From positions 62,001 through 126,000 of IMG/VR virus record IMGVR_UViG_3300031957_002643: a stretch of 64,000 nucleotides of DNA. One strand, given 5' to 3'. The position numbers were made by a program, and so were the translations under genes. The notes under the pieces were generated by a model. The model made no database searches. It saw nothing but the letters and a program-made list of their open reading frames with translations, and was not told where the DNA came from. The stretch's first letter is position 1. Each line of letters starts with the position of its first letter. This document shows positions 61,342 to 64,000 of the stretch, piece by piece.

Positions 61342-61348
61342 CGATCTC

Positions 61349-61804
61349 CTACGATTGAACCATTCCGAGAACTTGGCATTCCAACCATGCAACATAGTTG
61401 GTTTCGCCAGACTGCTTGAAGCGTTCAACCAGTTCAGCAGTACTCGAATCGACCGGCTTGAGAATGTCCATGACGTTCGTGTAGTTCGGATAGATGGTAT
61501 CCTGCGCCTTGTAGAACCCGGCCTCACGGGCTGTCAAAACAGGCCGACCTTCATTGTCGTAATAGCCGGTGGTTTCGAAACCTTTGTTGAATTCATCGAA
61601 CGGTTCAAAATCCAGTTCGAGTTCATAGTATTCATCTTCGGTGTCACGAAGATCGACCTTCTTAATGCGAACCAGACGAGCACGCATACCAGCTTCGGCA
61701 TAGCATTCCAAATCTTCGGTTTTGAATTCATCATGGAATTCAATATTCTTGCCGACCAGCGCTTGAAGATAATTGCGAATTTCAGAGTTGTCGATCTTGC
61801 TCAT
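61349..61804 (-). CDS. early hypothetical protein
   Basis: 151 aa; GGGAGAG RBS. Confidence 0.7.
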   Translation of the reverse strand: MSKIDNSEIRNYLQALVGKNIEFHDEFKTEDLECYAEAGMRARLVRIKKVDLRDTEDEYYELELDFEPFDEFNKGFETTGYYDNEGRPVLTAREAGFYKAQDTIYPNYTNVMDILKPVDSSTAELVERFKQSGETNYVAWLECQVLGMVQS

Positions 61805-61831
61805 AATGTTCTCTCCCGTTGAACAATAGTG

Positions 61832-61860
61832 TTTATATACGGAAGAAATACATTTGTCAA
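61832..61860 (-). promoter_or_regulatory. sigma70-type early promoter
   Basis: TTGACA-17nt-TATAAA. Confidence 0.75.
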
Positions 61861-62741
61861 CTCATAACAACGACATTATTTCTCATTGATTTCAAAATGG
61901 TCAAAATTGCTTTCTCGCCAACTTTTGCAATTCTGTCCAACCTTGCTTGACCTTTTCTTTTGTTACCGATCAAAGGGTGGCCGTGGAATTCGTCTGGCAT
62001 TTGAAATCTGATTTTTCCAGTTACCAAAAATTGAGTAATGGATTCTGTCATCAACTCATCCACAACAGCCAGATTATTGTTTCTCGCACTTCCAAATGTG
62101 AAGAAGGCATTATAGAAATTGGCAATTTCAGGAGGTTGTCTAAAAACGCCATCATCGGCAGCAAAGCCGGTTGGGGCGCTCCATAGATTATATCCATACA
62201 TCTCGGAAATAATTTTTTCCATCTCTCCAAATACTTTTTTGGTGAAGACGTGCCACACATAATCAAATTCCAACCCTTTTCGCGGGTAGTTAATGATTTC
62301 ATGTGCAAACCGATGCATGAAACTCCAAGGTGTCATTTTGCCCTTGATCATAACGATGACGCCCTCATCATTTAAAACCTCAACATCCAAACCACTAAGA
62401 ATAAGAACAATAGACCCTTTTCGCTTATTGGTAGCTATGAGTTTCTTTAAAGATTCGGGATGTTCGTCTCGGGTATATTTTGTCAAATCCCGATTGATGA
62501 CAAAATAATCAATATCAACTGGTAGTCGGTCTAGGACCTTTTTAACACGTTCCAATAGATCGGAATTCAAAATGATGTCTTTTTGCTCATCATTCCAATC
62601 CGATCCAGTTTTGTGTATAATCTTTTTGTGGCCCAGCAGTCCGAAGAAACGTGGTTTCTTGTAGACGAGTTCAAACGTGTCCGAATCCCAATCGTCACCT
62701 TTGATCACCTGTCCAGCTTCTATCAAATCTTGAATTTTCAT
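61857..62741 (-). CDS. putative packaged internal protein with HRxxH motif
   Basis: Leader MKIQDLIE; MTPWSFMHRFAHE; preceded by TAAATA-N5-ATG. Confidence 0.65.
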   Translation of the reverse strand: MKIQDLIEAGQVIKGDDWDSDTFELVYKKPRFFGLLGHKKIIHKTGSDWNDEQKDIILNSDLLERVKKVLDRLPVDIDYFVINRDLTKYTRDEHPESLKKLIATNKRKGSIVLILSGLDVEVLNDEGVIVMIKGKMTPWSFMHRFAHEIINYPRKGLEFDYVWHVFTKKVFGEMEKIISEMYGYNLWSAPTGFAADDGVFRQPPEIANFYNAFFTFGSARNNNLAVVDELMTESITQFLVTGKIRFQMPDEFHGHPLIGNKRKGQARLDRIAKVGEKAILTILKSMRNNVVVMS

Positions 62742-62752
62742 GAAGATATTTA

Positions 62753-62856
62753 TTGGAAGTATGGCGTTAGATGATCTTTTGCTTCACGAGCGTCATCCCT
62801 ACTCGTTGATCGGTCTATCATTAGAGTTGATAGGGTTAAGGACGCCATACTTCCAA
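62753..62856. other. structured intergenic element closed by a perfect 15-bp inverted repeat
   Basis: TTGGAAGTATGGCGT / ACGCCATACTTCCAA enclosing two internal hairpins. Confidence 0.6.
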
Positions 62857-62871
62857 AGGTTAATATAACGC

Positions 62872-62993
62872 AAAAACGCGAAAGGGCAACCCGTTAGGAC
62901 TGCCCTTTCGAGGTCCGTTCTGTTGCTAAGTGGACAAATCTCCGATCAAGCTGCATGAGCTAGATCAAGGCTTTCATTATCGTTGCCAGTTGA
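62872..62993 (-). ncRNA. tmRNA-like tag-reading-frame RNA without a tRNA-like domain
   Basis: TCAACT|GGC AAC GAT AAT...GCA GCT TGA = GNDNESLDLAHAA* (62987-62946), then GTCC-ACTTAGCAACAGAAC-GGAC and a terminator. Confidence 0.7.
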
Positions 62994-62996
62994 TAG

Positions 62997-63027
62997 TATT
63001 TATATGACACCATAATTCTTATGTCAA
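62997..63027 (-). promoter_or_regulatory. overlapping sigma70 and late promoter
   Basis: TTGACA-17nt-TATAAATA. Confidence 0.75.
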
Positions 63028-63061
63028 CCTATAAATAAAGGAAAATGTGAAGGTATTTTTC

Positions 63062-63871
63062 ATGGCTGATCCACTACGCTTAAAACTGAATGAGATTCTA
63101 ACCGAGTCTGAAGAACTTATGGAACGTCTTGATGTTGCAACGACTGTTCAAAAGATGGGTCCAAAGATTGAAGAGCGTCTTAAGAAAGACAATACTGCAA
63201 ACGGTATCACCGTGGAACAATTCGTCGAACGTGTTATCCAAGTTGATCCCACCCCAAATCAAAAATACGGCATGTGGATCATTCGTGCATATCTAACTGG
63301 TGGAATTCAACGCTACGAAGACCTTTATAAAGTCACTGAACCTCTTGGTATCTTCCATAAGTTCAAAGCAAAAATGGAAATCAAGGACATCAATCAGGTC
63401 AAAAAGCTCATCGATCTAATCCAAATGACCGAACCGTTCAAGGATCAACAAACTGGACGCGAAGGAAAGAAGGGCGAAAAGGACGAACTTATTAACAAAG
63501 GAGAAGCAAAAGTGTTGTATGATGATAAGCGTTTCTCTGTAGTTGTTCCGAAGACCAAAGAAGCTGCATGTCATTTTGGCAAGAACACTCAGTGGTGTAC
63601 CGCTGCAACATCTAGCGACAACATGTTTGACCATTATGCTAAAAATGGTGACCTGTACATCATTCTTGACAAGCCGAACAATCGCCGCTGGCAGTTCTCG
63701 TTTGCCGACCAGCAATTCATGGACGAGCGCGATGAACCGATCAAATTGTACAATTTCTTCAAAGAACATGGAGAACTACTGAAAATTCCAGAGTTCTCCA
63801 CGCACTTCAGTTTCTATACGCATGCTGATGGGGAAGAAGGCTACAAGCTGATTATTCCGCTGAAGTCCTAA
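63062..63871 (+). CDS. putative packaged protein with PcfJ-like domain
   Basis: LNEILTE leader; DPTPNQKY..WI; EAACHFGKNTQWCTA...FDHY...GDLYII. Confidence 0.65.
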   Translation: MADPLRLKLNEILTESEELMERLDVATTVQKMGPKIEERLKKDNTANGITVEQFVERVIQVDPTPNQKYGMWIIRAYLTGGIQRYEDLYKVTEPLGIFHKFKAKMEIKDINQVKKLIDLIQMTEPFKDQQTGREGKKGEKDELINKGEAKVLYDDKRFSVVVPKTKEAACHFGKNTQWCTAATSSDNMFDHYAKNGDLYIILDKPNNRRWQFSFADQQFMDERDEPIKLYNFFKEHGELLKIPEFSTHFSFYTHADGEEGYKLIIPLKS

Positions 63872-64000
63872 TTCACCGTATCAAACACCGTAGGATCACC
63901 CCACGTGGCCCCATTCGGACGCTGTTGATAAACAAGTCGCATTATGCCCTTGCCATCAGCCGGAAGTTTACGTGAAATTTGATAAACATCACATCCCTTA

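Noticed and set aside
62872-62993. tmRNA fragment as an attP integration site
   Set aside because: No integrase in the window, the fragment lacks the tRNA-like end normally used for integration, and it has its own promoter and terminator. Not fully excluded.
63869-64000. Missing tmRNA tRNA-like domain near GGGGCC at about 63910
   Set aside because: The region reads as the 3' end of a minus-strand ORF (...QQRPNGATWGDPTVFDTVN*), with no T-arm or CCA.

Overview
A 64-kb segment of a large, distantly T4-like (jumbo-type) myovirus genome. It carries: a head module (portal, acidic core protein, gp21 protease, gp22 scaffold, gp23 major capsid); a tail chaperone and tape-measure pair; four giant tail-fibre or adhesin genes; a replication/recombination block (helicase, primase, mini-DnaE, clamp-loader subunit, UvsW/X/Y, gp32); the large terminase; and accessory genes (GlyRS-like catalytic domain, GNAT, TelA/XpaC, AAA ATPases, two tRNA-Arg(UCU)). 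The main discovery candidate is a minimal CRISPR locus at about 3.6-5.5 kb. It consists of a catalytically intact 408-aa IS605-type TnpB/Cas12f-like nuclease with no transposon context, lying 18 bp from a 7-repeat array (36-nt repeats, 30-nt spacers), plus a promoter-driven ~230-nt leader carrying an anti-repeat; no cas1/cas2 is present in the window. Other unannotated signals: a promoter- and terminator-bounded stand-alone tmRNA tag module with no tRNA-like domain; a two-hairpin anti-Shine-Dalgarno RNA complementary to the phage's own early RBSs; a recurring TAAATA-N5-ATG pattern implying leaderless late mRNAs; a -1 frameshift upstream of the tape measure; and a 53-aa ORF that mimics the mature capsid N-arm. 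Several RNA features suggest an alphaproteobacterial host (inference). All calls come from reading motifs by eye; no searches were run.
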